Shown: positions 1-11,088 of the stretch, in pieces
Layout of the letters: every line of letters starts with the position of its first letter
Numbering within the stretch: the first letter of the stretch is position 1
Source: Vitrella brassicaformis CCMP3155
Lineage: Eukaryota > Protista > Chromerida
Direction of reading: 5' to 3'
Length of the DNA: 64,000 nucleotides
Assembly: GCA_001179505.1 (NCBI GenBank)
Contig: CDMY01000288.1
Coordinates: forward strand, 69,195-133,194
Made by a program: the position numbers and the translations under genes
Notes under the pieces: model-generated
Database searches by the model: none
The model's input: the letters and a program-made list of their open reading frames with translations, nothing else
What the model was told of the DNA's origin: nothing

Positions 1-1
1 C

Positions 2-142
2 CCGCTCGCCGCCCTCCTCGCCGCCGCCATCACCAAACCCAGGGAGGAGAGGCCATCGGCGCACCAGCTGCTCAGGGCAGCGCGACAGGCCGAGGAGGAG
101 GAGCAGAAACTATCGCCCTGGGGCTCACCCTCGGCCGAGTAG
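2..142 (+). CDS. 3' end of a protein kinase gene (subdomain XI plus short tail); the rest lies upstream of the window
   Basis: Frame 2 reads PLAALLAAAITKPREERPSAHQLLRAARQAEEEEQKLSPWGSPSAE* (TAG 140-142). LL..A....P.ERPSA.QLL matches the kinase subdomain XI pattern. Confidence 0.6.
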   Translation, partial: PLAALLAAAITKPREERPSAHQLLRAARQAEEEEQKLSPWGSPSAE

Positions 143-1079
143 ATCGCAAACCGGTACGACGGCGAAATCACAGCGACACAGCCAAGAGACACAAACATCA
201 GCATCATTCAGTGCGTCTGTGTGTCTTGGCCGTGTGTCTCTCGGTAGTGATCATCGCTGCTTACATTTTATATTTCGAAGACTTCTCTCGACCTTCCGGG
301 CAGCTTCGTCTTCACCGTGAGTCGAATGAGGCCAAGCCCGTCTGCGCGCAGCCGTCAACCATTCCCTGTTCAGTCACCTGCTTGTATGGGCTGAAGATAG
401 ACCGTGAGGACGACGGGAGACGCTGGCAGACTGCAACGAGCTGCGGTGCGTCAAATACCAATGGACGTCCGTGGCTGTTGCACCGTTCGGATCGTCAGCA
501 GCCTCTCAGAGCCTCAACAAAACACAACTTTCAGCTGTTTGCAGCAGCGTCCACCGGGCGTCATGGCGGCGACCATGAAGCGCCCTCGCAAATGCGTAGC
601 CCCGCGCACCGCCCGCCTTCGCCAGAACCTCAACAGCATCATGCTGTGGCTGCCGCCGAAAGTTTGCGAGAGGTCGTCGCCGTCCGGCGGGCGTCGTGCC
701 ATTTTGAGCCGCTCGTTAGCAAGGGCGTCACACCTGTGCATCTCATCTTTGCCCTTCGTCGCCGCATAGACGATGTCGACGAGGCGTCGTCGCAAGTGCA
801 CCAGCTCCGCGCGCTTCTCTTGTTCCTGCTGGGCTGCATCGAGCTTGCGGTTGATCCTCTCGCGACTCTCGGATTCAATCGGGCGGCCTGTCATAGCCCA
901 TTTCCTGGGAGAAGTCGTGGTTCGAGCTGCCGATCCAGCTGACCCGCCGCCATGTGGATTAGGTGGGGACAGTGCGGCAATTTTCGCTCATCGGCGGGCC
1001 AATGGCCGGGGTGGGGCTGGGCCCCAAGGAAGGCAGGGACACGGTGTTGGCGAGGAGGTCTGCGGCCGTGTGTACCACG

Positions 1080-2004
1080 ATGCGCGCTACAGAGGCCCAG
1101 GGGCCATTTGTGGACGTGTTTGACCCCAAAGACCCGCCATTCACTTGGGGTGAGTGGCCACTGGGAGGCACCTGCGTGTGTCATGGATGGAGGGATGGGT
1201 GTTGCCTTGATGTGCTTTCTCAGATTGTGATGGCCGACGCTGCCGACACTACGCTGCCTTCACGCACTTCGCGAAGCGCGTGTAAGACGAGCCGCACCAC
1301 AGCACACCATACGTGGCCCTCGATTGTCTGTCGTCTGTCAGGTTGTTCACGCCCTGGTTCGACAGACAGGAGCTCAGATGCGTGCCGGGCCTGGTGTCTG
1401 AGCCCTCGGCCACCGACAAGGCCTTCAAGAAGTTCGAGACCATCTCAGCACAGGCACGCTCTCCCAAGCACACCACCCACACTCACACAGCATCCTGTAC
1501 AGTAACCGTGTGTTGCCGCTGCTGCTGCTGCTGCTGCTCCTGCTGCTGCGTGCTCCTCAGGCGGTGGGCAAGGTTTGGGGCAGCGACTATGTGGTGACTC
1601 ACGAGGAGGAGTGGCGAGAGCACTCCGGCAGACAGATACGCACCACTTGGGTGCTGCTGCCGGCGTCGGGAGCGGTGAATACAGCGATCTACCTGAAGCA
1701 TGGCGCGGCTGTTGGCACCACCACCCCACCCACCCTGGCCTTCGCTCGTGCAGAGATATGGACGACCGAGACGCCGTTCCCCAACAGATCGGCTGACTCG
1801 CAGGCGGCCGCTACCCAAGAGACACACGCACACGCAAGAGACACGAAATCAGCGGTGGCTATTATCGCTGCTTGCATTTTATATTTCCCGAGAGTGTTGT
1901 TCCTCAGCAGTGCATTCTGTGTTTTTTGGACGTGCTTGTGTACCATTGCTTCTGGAAATCTATGTAGCTACGACTCCAACTATCACGGTGAGACAGACAG
2001 ATAG
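1080..2004 (+). CDS. Multi-exon hypothetical protein (lineage-specific), possibly 5'-incomplete
   Basis: Four exons join in frame (about 1080-1149, 1224-1281, 1341-1453, 1561-2004): MRATEAQGPFVDVFDPKDPPFTW/DCDGRRCRHYAAFTHFAKRV/LFTPWFDRQELRCVPG...ISAQ/AVGKVWGSDYVV... The third intron needs a GC donor (or a GT at 1502). No recognisable domain. Confidence 0.45.
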
Positions 2005-2448
2005 ACACGCAGAAAGACACGCACAGATGCGCATACCGTCGGCCTTCGTGTGTTTGTGCCGTCGTGTGTGTGCGTGTGGACGAGGGCAGATCGGATGCGG
2101 GACATCATGGAAGATGCGGCACCCAGAATGGGCGCTTGTGGTCGCGCGGTTGGTAGCTGATGTGGGTGTCTATCTGAATGTGGACGCATCGAACACGCAC
2201 ATAGGCGGTGGAGCTGTTGTGCTTTCAGCCTTTTGCTTGCAGGCTTGTGGCACTCGTGTTTGTCCATGTCCATTCACCATCCACGTGCCTCTGGACATTT
2301 CTGATACGTCGCGTTGCAAGAAGTCATTGTGTGTGTCCGAACGGCGCATACGCACACGTGCAGGACTACACATAGAAAGGGCCGTTTGTCCTTCAACGGA
2401 CTCGACCTACCCACGCACAGGCCCACGCGACTGTCTGCCCGTCGTCAG

Positions 2449-3678
2449 CTACAGACCAGCAATCGCTTCAGCATTGTAGTGGATGTAGAACCGCCTTAAC
2501 CTACTCCTCTCTTCCCCCGCCGTCAGCCATCCGTCGAGAGCCTCGATAAAGGCCAGCACGTCACCATCCACCACCGTCTTGTCCCCATTGCCGTTGAGCG
2601 ATGTTCGGATGAATGCCGGTAGGTAGGACAGAGGTACACCCAAGCCCCCACAGCGGCTCAGCTTGGGGGCATCCGCAGCACGCTCAAGGCCGGCATGACG
2701 CCACTCTGACGGCCGGAAGACGTTTGTCAGGGCGAGGGTGCAGTCGATCTTGGCAGTCCGCATGTTGGCCTGCAGCTCCGGGTGGCCGTGTGGGTGTCTG
2801 CGGCAGTAGAGCTTGGCTATCGCACCGGCAGAAGTGCGGTCGTTCAGGCGCAGAGGGTAGCCCCACACGATGGTCGATGTGTCGTCGCCCGCCCCGTCCA
2901 GGAAGCCCCTGAGCGCGCCAGCATCCAGGCAACCGCCAGCCTCTCTCGCCAGCAGGGCCACAACGCCATCGACTACCGTGGCGGCACCTCGGTAGGAATC
3001 GAAGTCGAAATAGAGCAGGATGCGGGTCGACAGAAGGCATGAGGGGTCTCTGGCATTCACGTCGCCGCCGTAGCACGTCGTGAGGCTGCCAGGCAGGTCA
3101 TCGAGGGGAAGAATGGTTGGAAGAAGACTGGCAGGAGCGGAGGGGATGAACGAAGTGACCAGACGCTGGTCGTCTGAGACCGTGATGCGCCTCACGAAAG
3201 GGCCGCATTTGGTCTGGATGAGCTCATACTGCCGGGCGGCGAGGAGGGACATCTCCGTGGTCCTCAGTTGCAGCTTGAGCCCTCCGTCCATCGCATCGAT
3301 GTCGTCATCGGTGATGGTCAAAGGCAGCGCATCAATGTCACCCGTCCGATGAAGCATCGCCAAATAGCCAGACCATCGCTGGAGGCTCCTCTGCCTCTGT
3401 CGGTCCCGCAGCAGGCAATAGGCCACATAAGTAATGTTGGCCGGCAGCTGGACGCCGAAGCCGAGTGTGTTGCTGTCCTCGTCTTGGTTGAAAGCATCAA
3501 TGATTTGCCTCAGCTCGGTCTCTGGCGCAATTCCGGTGCGGTAGTCTTGGCGAGCGACAGTTCGGAGCGTTGCGATGGAGTCAATCGGCAACAGCGCCAA
3601 CACGGGAGTCTTCAGCACTTGAAGAATGTCAGCCAGAGTCATCGCCATTGTCCTCGTGGTTTGACCAAACAATCCCAT
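2449..3678 (-). CDS. Intronless 409-aa protein with an N-terminal F-box-like motif
   Basis: Long uninterrupted ORF with coding-like composition. N-terminal LADILQVLKTPVLALLPIDSIATLRTVAR resembles the F-box pattern. The remainder is unrecognised. Confidence 0.7.
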   Translation of the reverse strand: MGLFGQTTRTMAMTLADILQVLKTPVLALLPIDSIATLRTVARQDYRTGIAPETELRQIIDAFNQDEDSNTLGFGVQLPANITYVAYCLLRDRQRQRSLQRWSGYLAMLHRTGDIDALPLTITDDDIDAMDGGLKLQLRTTEMSLLAARQYELIQTKCGPFVRRITVSDDQRLVTSFIPSAPASLLPTILPLDDLPGSLTTCYGGDVNARDPSCLLSTRILLYFDFDSYRGAATVVDGVVALLAREAGGCLDAGALRGFLDGAGDDTSTIVWGYPLRLNDRTSAGAIAKLYCRRHPHGHPELQANMRTAKIDCTLALTNVFRPSEWRHAGLERAADAPKLSRCGGLGVPLSYLPAFIRTSLNGNGDKTVVDGDVLAFIEALDGWLTAGEERSRLRRFYIHYNAEAIAGL

Positions 3679-3683
3679 CCGCA

Positions 3684-3712
3684 GGGTTTCGGGTCAAGGG
3701 TTTGGTCTAAGG
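3684..3712. repeat. Degenerate telomere-like/telo-box tract between divergent genes
   Basis: gggtttcgggtcaagggtttggtctaagg lies directly upstream of the F-box-like ORF and about 130 nt from the phosphatase ATG. Confidence 0.4.
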
Positions 3713-3838
3713 CGCAGGCGAGCGCGGTTTCCTCCTCCTGGGGGAAAGGAGCATGTTTGGAGTGGCCTGAGTGACTGAGTGACTGGATCTTGCCGCATCT
3801 GCAATCTGATTATCGCTTATCGCATTCATCTGCAGCTG

Positions 3839-5248
3839 ATGCCGTTCGACGTCGACAAGTTGCTGGAGAAGGCGATGGCGTGCCAGCCCCTCGACGAGAT
3901 GGCCATCAGGCTGCTGTGCGAGCGGGTCAAGCGCATTCTAGCGGATGAGAGCAATGTCAAGACCGTGCCGACGCCAGTGACTCTTGTGGGCGACGTGCAT
4001 GGGCAGTATTTCGATGTGCTGGAGCTGCTCAAGATTGGCGGCCAGGTGCCCTTCACCAACTACCTCTTCCTCGGTGAGGAAAGACCGACAGCAGGCATTC
4101 TCTGGTCGTGTGTGCATGTCTGTGTGTGATTGCGTTGATCAGGTGACTATGTGGACAGGGGTTCTCACAGTGTGGAGACCATCACACTGCTCCTCTGCCT
4201 GAAGCTCAGGCACCCGCACCGAATCACCCTACTCAGAGGTGACGACCAAAGACCAACACTTGCCCATAGTGGCTTGGTCGGTTGGTCATGCAGGCAACCA
4301 CGAGTCCCGGCAGATAACCCAGGTGTATGGGTTTTACAACGAGTGTCACCGCAAGTACGGCAACGGGGTGGTGTGGCAGTGCTTCACCGACCTCTTCGAC
4401 TACCTGCCCATCGCCGCACTCATCGACAACACATACCTGGCCGTGCACGGCGGGCTCAGCCCATCCATTCACACACTAGACCAAATACGGTGGGTGGTTG
4501 TTGAGGGGAGAGAGGGTGTGGGGCGTGCATTCCTCGTTTCATGGCTGTGCTGTTCCTTTGTTTGCGTCCGTCTGTCAGGATATTGGATCGGTTTACGGAG
4601 ATCCCGCACGAGGGGCCGCTGGCAGACTTGATGTGGAGCGACCCAGACGACGACAAGGAGGGTAAGCAACGGCACACGCACACACACATACACCACGGAC
4701 TCACTCACCCGCCGTTTCCTGTGTGCAAAAATGAAGGTTTTTCGGTGTCGCCCCGCGGTGCCGGCTACGTGTTTGGCAAGGACATTGCCGCGACGTTCCT
4801 GGAGATCAACGGCATCGAACAGCTCATACGGGCCCACCAACTCTGCCAAGAGGGATACCTGGTGCGTAGGCGACACATGGACGCACAGGCACTCTACTCG
4901 CCATGGGAGTCCCCTTGTCTTTGAATTGTGTCAGGTGTCATTGGGCGGTCGTGTGGTGACGGTGTGGAGTGCCCCCAACTACTGTTATCGCTTCAACAAC
5001 GCCGCGTCGTGCCTGGAGATATACGAAGATAGAACCAAGTGAGCACGGCGGACCGACAGATGAGCTAATGGACGCAGTGTATCCCCTTTGCTGGTTGGTC
5101 AGGTTCTTCAATGTGTATGGCCCAGCTCCAGAGTCTGAGCGCGCGGCACCGCCGCCAGTGGCGCCGGTACGCGTGCATGATTGCATCACACCACCCACCA
5201 TGAGCATCCTTGTGTATTGCCTTTCAGCAACAGCAGCAACAGCAACAG

Positions 5249-5281
<33 letters not shown>

Positions 5282-5641
5282 AGCCAGCAGCAGCAGCAGC
5301 AGCAGGCGTCCGGCAGTAACCCATCGCAGCAATCGAGCAGCCCCCAGGGGAGCTCTCAGACAAGCCAGTCATCATGGCAGACCTCAGCGTCGCCCAGCAG
5401 CAGCAGCAGCAGCAGCAGCGGCGGCAGCGGCAGCGGTCCATCTCAGGGCGGCGGTGGCGGTGGACGGCAGATGCCCTCGCCCCCCGTGTGCCAGCCGCCG
5501 TCCGCGTCGCGTGAGGGCGGTGGAGTGCGGCGAAAGGGCGGCAATGGTGTGGGAGCGATGAGGAGGGGGCAGGTGCAGGTGGCCGACGGTGGCGGGGGCG
5601 GGATGGGCGGCACTGCGGTTGGGGTGAGGTACTTCACCTGA
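3839..5641 (+). CDS. PPG1: PP2A-family Ser/Thr phosphatase catalytic subunit, Ppg1-like, with a polyQ/Ser/Gly C-terminal extension
   Basis: Eight GT-AG-joined exons give [70 protein letters not shown] and ASCLEIY resemble yeast Ppg1 more than PP2Ac. Ends VRYFT* (TGA 5639-5641). Subfamily call is from memory. Confidence 0.9.
5228..5305 (+). repeat. Coding CAG/CAA polyglutamine tract (about 18 Q, S, 7 Q)
   Basis: Mixed CAA/CAG run at the start of the last phosphatase exon. Confidence 0.9.
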
Positions 5642-5925
5642 TGAGATGTGATGGTACGGCATTCGTGTGTGGCCGGTGGGTGTACAGCGGAGGGGTGGCA
5701 GTCGTGTGGTGTCTATATGCGTGTGTGCAAGTGGAAGTGAGAGTGAGGTGGGTGTACTTTCTTCAGATCAGATCATCTGTGTCAGATACATGTGACCACT
5801 GCACATGGCAGACAGATCGCCCGTTCGTTGACGCATTGCGCTTGTCCAGACCGTCCAGGCTGTGGCACACACAGTGCAATAAGCTCAGCTGTGGTTATCC
5901 ATCTGCGGGCCGGATTCTCCATTTC

Positions 5926-6036
5926 CTCAACGCTCTCTCTCTCTCTGAAAGACAGCAGAGCGCAGAAGCCACCGGTGTGTGCCCTCTGCGCTCTGCTGTC
6001 AGTCAGAGAGAGAGAGAGAGAGAGGGGTCGGTTGAG
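5926..6036. repeat. Inverted repeat/hairpin 1
   Basis: gacagcagagcgcaga (5951-5966) is the exact reverse complement of tctgcgctctgctgtc (5985-6000). The stem extends through (CT)n/(AG)n and ctcaac/gttgag. Confidence 0.85.
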
Positions 6037-6328
6037 GGAGGATGCGATAAGACAGTGTGAGCAGGTCAGACATACATACATGTGATGCGAATACGGGCAG
6101 AGGTCGTCTGAGTCTCACCCCATCTCTGAGTCTCACCCTATCTCTGCCCCTATTCACATCACATGTATGTATGTGCTAGGTATGGACACCAAAGGGTCTG
6201 TTTGTCATTCCTGATATCATCAGAGTATGTATGGAAACAGTCAACACCCACATGCATTCTCGTCGCGGACAACGACAGGTGTACATGTCGCGACGGATGG
6301 AGAGACCCAAAAATCTCGGCCACCCATG

Positions 6329-6394
6329 CCAACACAAAAAAAGTCGTTTACACGCAGTCTCGTCACTGCGTGTAAACGACTTTTTTTGTATTGG
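6329..6394. repeat. Inverted repeat/hairpin 2 (30-bp arms, 1 mismatch, 6-nt loop)
   Basis: ccaacacaaaaaaagtcgtttacacgcagt / ctcgtc / actgcgtgtaaacgactttttttgtattgg. Confidence 0.9.
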
Positions 6395-6427
6395 TGTCTT
6401 AAGGTCGCTGTCTTCGTCTGTCTGGCT

Positions 6428-6501
6428 CAGTGAGATGCGGGTTTGTGAGCAGTGAAGGGAGGAGACCACTGCTCACAAGCCCGGCCATCTCTGCCTCACT
6501 G
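6428..6501. repeat. Inverted repeat/hairpin 3
   Basis: cgggtttgtgagcagtg (6438-6454) pairs with cactgctcacaagcccg (6467-6483, one G-U type pair). Outer pairs are gagatg/catctc and cagtga/tcactg. Confidence 0.8.
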
Positions 6502-7082
6502 CCTGACTTCCGTTAAGTCACCTCACGGCCTTTCGAGCATTCCAAAAGAAAGACAAGGCCGCACATCCCGTACAGGCAGTCCGTTCAACACACCGCCCAT
6601 CACGCCGACACGCAGCATCCATCCACCATGACCTCGGCTGCCTGTCTGCCTGTCTGTTTGCCACCGGTGTGTGTGCCCTCTGCGCCGTGCTGTCTTAGAG
6701 AGAGAGAGAGAGAGAGAGAGAGGCGATAAGGCAGGGGGCAGCAGCAGGGAGTGAGCAGGTCTATTGGCACACACCGCCCAAAGGTAGGCAAAATGGCCGG
6801 CCAACAGACGGACAGAAAAACAGACAGACAGACAGACAGACAGACGGGCCGGCCAAGGTGATGCATGATGCATGTTGGTGTGACCGGTCAATTCTCATGG
6901 ACACGGTGAACGGGCTGTTCGGCCGTTTTCTACCCCAACCCTTGACCCTAAACCCTGCTGGTCGGCACCGACGCAACACAGTCCCGACACAGGCAGCTGC
7001 CTGCACGCCCACAGTCACTCACACAGCCACATATTGATGAGGAACAGTACTCACTGATTGCCTCTCTGGCTTGTGTGGAGCT

Positions 7083-7830
7083 CTAGCGCACCAACCAGTT
7101 TTCCCTGCAGACTTGGAGCACTTGGCGGACCCTCCAGTACTCAGGGCGATCCAGGTAGTGGTCCTGATGGATCAGAACGGCAACACACAAAGCCATCGGG
7201 GTGTGTGGATGGACTCACTACACATATCAGCCGATGTGTGTACCATGATGAGGTGGATCATGAAGGACGAGGGCGGGTGGCTCAGGAAGGCGTTGAAGGT
7301 TCGCAGCACCTGCGAGAGAGAAAGCAAGCAGCAGCAGACACTGCAGCTGCAGACGCATGACGTGAAGCGTGTTGGCCATGTTTGCGTGCGCACCTCCAGA
7401 GGTTCATCGAGGTTGTCAGGCTGTGCAGTGAGTGTGAGCGCATTGCAATGAGTCTGTCGGCCGTCTGCGGGTGGTCGTGCGGCCGGCCCAGGTTGTAGTA
7501 GAGGTTCAGCGCCCACAGACCCACTCGGTAGTCATACTCATCCTGACACCTGAGGCGCACACACCAACCGCACAACACAGAGATGCCGTCCACTGCACAT
7601 GTGCTCTGTGTATCTGTGTGCGCGCCTACACTCTCCAGACGCGAAAGAGGTGTTGCGGTCCGATCTGCGGCCACAGGTGCTGCCTGTGCAGGAGCGTCTC
7701 CTTGAGCTCTGACGCGGCCAACTCAGCCTTCGTCAGCTGACGCAACACAGTCTCGCCGGTCGGCAGGCGGGCACGCAGACACCGAGATGTGTGCAGACTG
7801 CGCACTAGGGGGCAAGGCACACATACGTGA
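7083..7830 (-). CDS. Fragmentary multi-exon hypothetical gene (3' part)
   Basis: Exon-like blocks with GT/AG borders: LTKAELAASELKETLLHRQHLWPQIG, CQDEYDYRVGLWALNLYYNLG, VLRTFNAFLSHPPSSFMIHLIM, DHYLDRPEYWRVRQVLQVCRENWLVR*. The start is unclear. Confidence 0.35.
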
Positions 7831-8259
7831 TGAATGCATTGCCGCAGACAAGTGGAGTGCCTGCCCCGAAGGGCAGGCGTGTCCGTAAAACAGTAAAAGC
7901 GAATGTTTAGGAAATCTGTGAAACTGCAACAGATTGGCAAAATTCGTTTTCTTTTTTCCTCCGTCTCGTTTGGCTGCCGAACGACATGCGAATGGGATCA
8001 GAAGCGAGAGCATGCTGTCTAGTTTTGCTTAATCAAAATAGCTCTCGCGTGCGCTGCCTACACGCATCGGAATTCCACGAGGCCAAAATCCCGAAAATCA
8101 AATGCACCCACTCAGAAAAAGCAATGTAATTGCGTTTCACGAAGGGTGGTTATGTTTGTCAGGCAGGACTTATAACCTTTTCCCAATGCGAGCTTGAAAT
8201 GTGTCAGTGCTTGCACACCACAGCGTTGCCGGGGACGACAGCGTATGTGGGAGTCGAGG

Positions 8260-8666
8260 GTAGGTAGTGGAGTCACACAGTGTGGTGGCGACCGGCGAGG
8301 CCGCTCCGTTGCGGAGAGCCGCGCGTGAAGTGTCCCTTTACGCAGATCTGAGGGAGTCAGATGGCCATCGGCAGATCAGGTGCTCAGCAGCGGTCAGGAC
8401 GGTGTGATCTCTGACCGACGAGGCGGCCTCGTCGCGGAGCGAAGCGTTCGGCCAAGAAACCCTGAACCCAAGAAGCCCTCCAGCCGTCACGCAGCCTTCT
8501 GGCACGCAGATCTGCTTGTCTGGGTGCTCCTGTGTCTGCCTGGCAGGTGTGTCGATGTTCCATTGAGCCGCATTGCTGCCCTCTCTATCGCCAGGTGAGC
8601 CGATGGCCGTCACGCCGCATTCTGGCATGCAGATCTGCTCGTCTGAGTGCTCTGTGTCTGCCTGGC
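8260..8666 (+). repeat. Direct repeat copy 1 (about 360 bp) with an internal ~123-bp tandem unit running into a gap
   Basis: Aligns by eye with 9431-9789. gccgtcacgc...gcagatctgct.gtctg.gtgct recurs at 8483 and 8606. Confidence 0.85.
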
Positions 8667-8966
8667 NNNNNNNNNNNNNNNNNNNNNNNNNNNNNNNNNN
8701 NNNNNNNNNNNNNNNNNNNNNNNNNNNNNNNNNNNNNNNNNNNNNNNNNNNNNNNNNNNNNNNNNNNNNNNNNNNNNNNNNNNNNNNNNNNNNNNNNNNN
8801 NNNNNNNNNNNNNNNNNNNNNNNNNNNNNNNNNNNNNNNNNNNNNNNNNNNNNNNNNNNNNNNNNNNNNNNNNNNNNNNNNNNNNNNNNNNNNNNNNNNN
8901 NNNNNNNNNNNNNNNNNNNNNNNNNNNNNNNNNNNNNNNNNNNNNNNNNNNNNNNNNNNNNNNNNN
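8667..8966. other. Assembly gap (300 N); identical 300-N gaps at 11774-12073, 13922-14221, 16990-17289 and 59936-60235
   Basis: All five gaps are exactly 300 N, which indicates placeholder sizes; true lengths are unknown. Confidence 0.98.
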
Positions 8967-9430
8967 TGACAGGCTGCTGCACAGACAGACTGCCGACAGG
9001 CGGATGATAGACAGACCTGTTAGGATCTGCCCAACTGCCGATCAGGCGGAAAAGACAAACCAGATTGCTGCGCCCATGTAAGAATAGGTGGGAGAGAGTC
9101 GGGGAGAATGGTGAAGAGAGGATCTGCCGGGCGGTCAGTCCCGGATAAAGGATTAAGTCAATGCAACGTAAGGTCTGTGGATTTTGTGGAGAGTCCACGT
9201 AGGACATGTAGTATGCGTCAGTCCATCCTGTCTGACGTCCTGTCCGCCATGGCCTGTCTCATGGAACGGACAAAGACTCAACAGCCGTCCTGTCTCACAG
9301 ATCAGTGGATCGTCGGTCTATGAACCCTAGACCCTAAACCCTGGACCGACTTGCACTTCTGACAAGAAATGTTCCAGTTCTTGCGGACCAGCGCACGGTT
9401 CGGGAGGAACAGCGATGTGTCAGTCCAGCG

Positions 9431-9789
9431 GAGGTAGGCGAGTCTCACAGTGTGGTCGGCGGCCGGCGAGGCCGCTCCGTTGCGGAGAGCCGTGCGTGAA
9501 GTTTCTCTTTACGCAGATCCGGGGGAGTCAGATGGGCATCGACAGATCAGGTGCTCTGCAGCGGTCAGGATGGTGTGATCTCTGAGCGACGAGGCGGCCT
9601 CGTCGCGGAGCGAAGTCTTGGGTCAAGAAACCCTGAACCCAAGAAGAGAAACCCTCCGGCCGTCACGCAGCATAGATCTGCTCGTCTGGGTGCTCCTGTG
9701 TCTGCCTGGCAGGTGTGTTGATGTTTCGTTGAGCCGCATTGCCGCCCTCTCTATCGGCAGGTGAGCCGATGGCCGTCACGCGCATTCTG
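9431..9789 (+). repeat. Direct repeat copy 2
   Basis: Shared blocks such as ccggcgaggccgctccgttgcggagagcc, cgacgaggcggcctcgtcgcggagcgaag and aagaaaccctgaacccaagaag, with scattered substitutions and indels. Confidence 0.85.
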
Positions 9790-10834
9790 ACACGTGGCAG
9801 TGTGTGTATGTGGGTATGTCAGTAGCTCAACAGGAGGCGTACAGCCAGACAGGCTGTCTAAAAGTGTGTTGTCTGCATTGACGAACTTGGGGGTCACTGC
9901 AGACAATTGAGGGGACACTGCGTATATCTCAGTTGACATATTGATGAATTCGTCTCCTGTCCGTCACGGCACACATGCGGGTACACCGACTCCATCCACA
10001 CAACGAGGGAGGGGGCTGTACAAGCACACAATGATTGAGAAGTGACCCAGACAGTCAGTCCCCCATTGTCCGCGGCACTCACACCCACACTTAGGCAACC
10101 CGCAGGACGCACAGATACAATCGACACGTATAGAGGGAGGGAGAGAAGGGGGGAGGGCCAGATACAGCACCATCCACCGATTGGCCTGACAAAGCGATTT
10201 GTGGCGCCCCGATGTGGCCCTGAGGCGGGCCGCCATGACAATGTCGGGCAGATGGCCTCGGCTCCCGACAAACAAGTGGTTGACGGGGTGCTCCTGGTTG
10301 CCCGCCTGCAGATCGCACACACACGTAACAAAGCAGATCGATACTCAAGCCATATCTGGTGCATGGCGGTCGGTTGTGTCAGACGCACCTGCTGCTGATG
10401 CTGCTCTTGCTGCGGGTGGCTGCGGGTCGATGCGACGCCGTGGCGGCCAGGCGAGGCACCGTATCTGCGCGCGCCACGCGCGCCACACAAACGAGACACA
10501 ATGACATCAATACAGTGCTGTGTTGGCGATTCTACTGGTCTTCTGACATGCTCACCCCTTTGGTAATCTGTGTGTCGCCCCACATGAGCCGCTGCATGCT
10601 CAACGCCGTCATGTTACACTCCAACGCCGCCTCACTCACCGAAATCTGACTCACAAGGGCCGCACTCTGACAATGAACAATCGGACACACAGGCCATGAC
10701 ACATGATGCGAATCGCTATTTGGCTCTGGTTGGCCTTGCGTGTGACGTAGACGGCCATGGCAGCCAGCAGGCGGACATCGCACCCGACCAAATCGATGTG
10801 ACAAATCGACAAGAACTGCACAGGTAGACAGATA

Positions 10835-10866
<32 letters not shown>

Positions 10867-11088
10867 TAGAAAAACCATTCGACAGCTAGAGGTATTTGGC
10901 GAATGAGAACACAATTGTGAGAACAGGCGGCCGTGGGTGTTCATGCCGGCAGCAGTGAACAGCACCACACACCACCTGCACACACAGAGTCAGACAGACA
11001 GGCAGGTCGGCGCTGCACGGGTGTGCGCCGTGTGCGTGTCTGTGTCTGTGTGTCAATACCTGTGTGTGTGTGGGGTCATCCGGCATGT

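Noticed and set aside
211-942. ORFs 211-942 (+) and 514-894 (-)
   Set aside because: They overlap on opposite strands with no recognisable domain or consistent exon structure; I cannot choose between them or support either.
6329-6394. Rho-independent terminator reading of hairpin 2
   Set aside because: The locus is eukaryotic, and the T-run is part of the stem, paired with an A-run.
8483-8666. CRISPR-like repeat array
   Set aside because: The unit is about 123 bp and tandem without unique spacers, the context is eukaryotic, and no cas genes are present.
8338-9207. Long ORFs spanning N gaps (also 11659-12164, 13817-14542, 16010-17450, 59799-60537)
   Set aside because: Their length is an artefact of X-translated placeholder gaps.
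8260-9789. LTR retrotransposon interpretation of the paired repeats
   Set aside because: No TG...CA termini, PBS/PPT, TSD or gag/pol-like sequence.
9790-11088. Minus-strand exon-like fragments
   Set aside because: They could not be joined into one stop-free frame and show no domain similarity; left unannotated.
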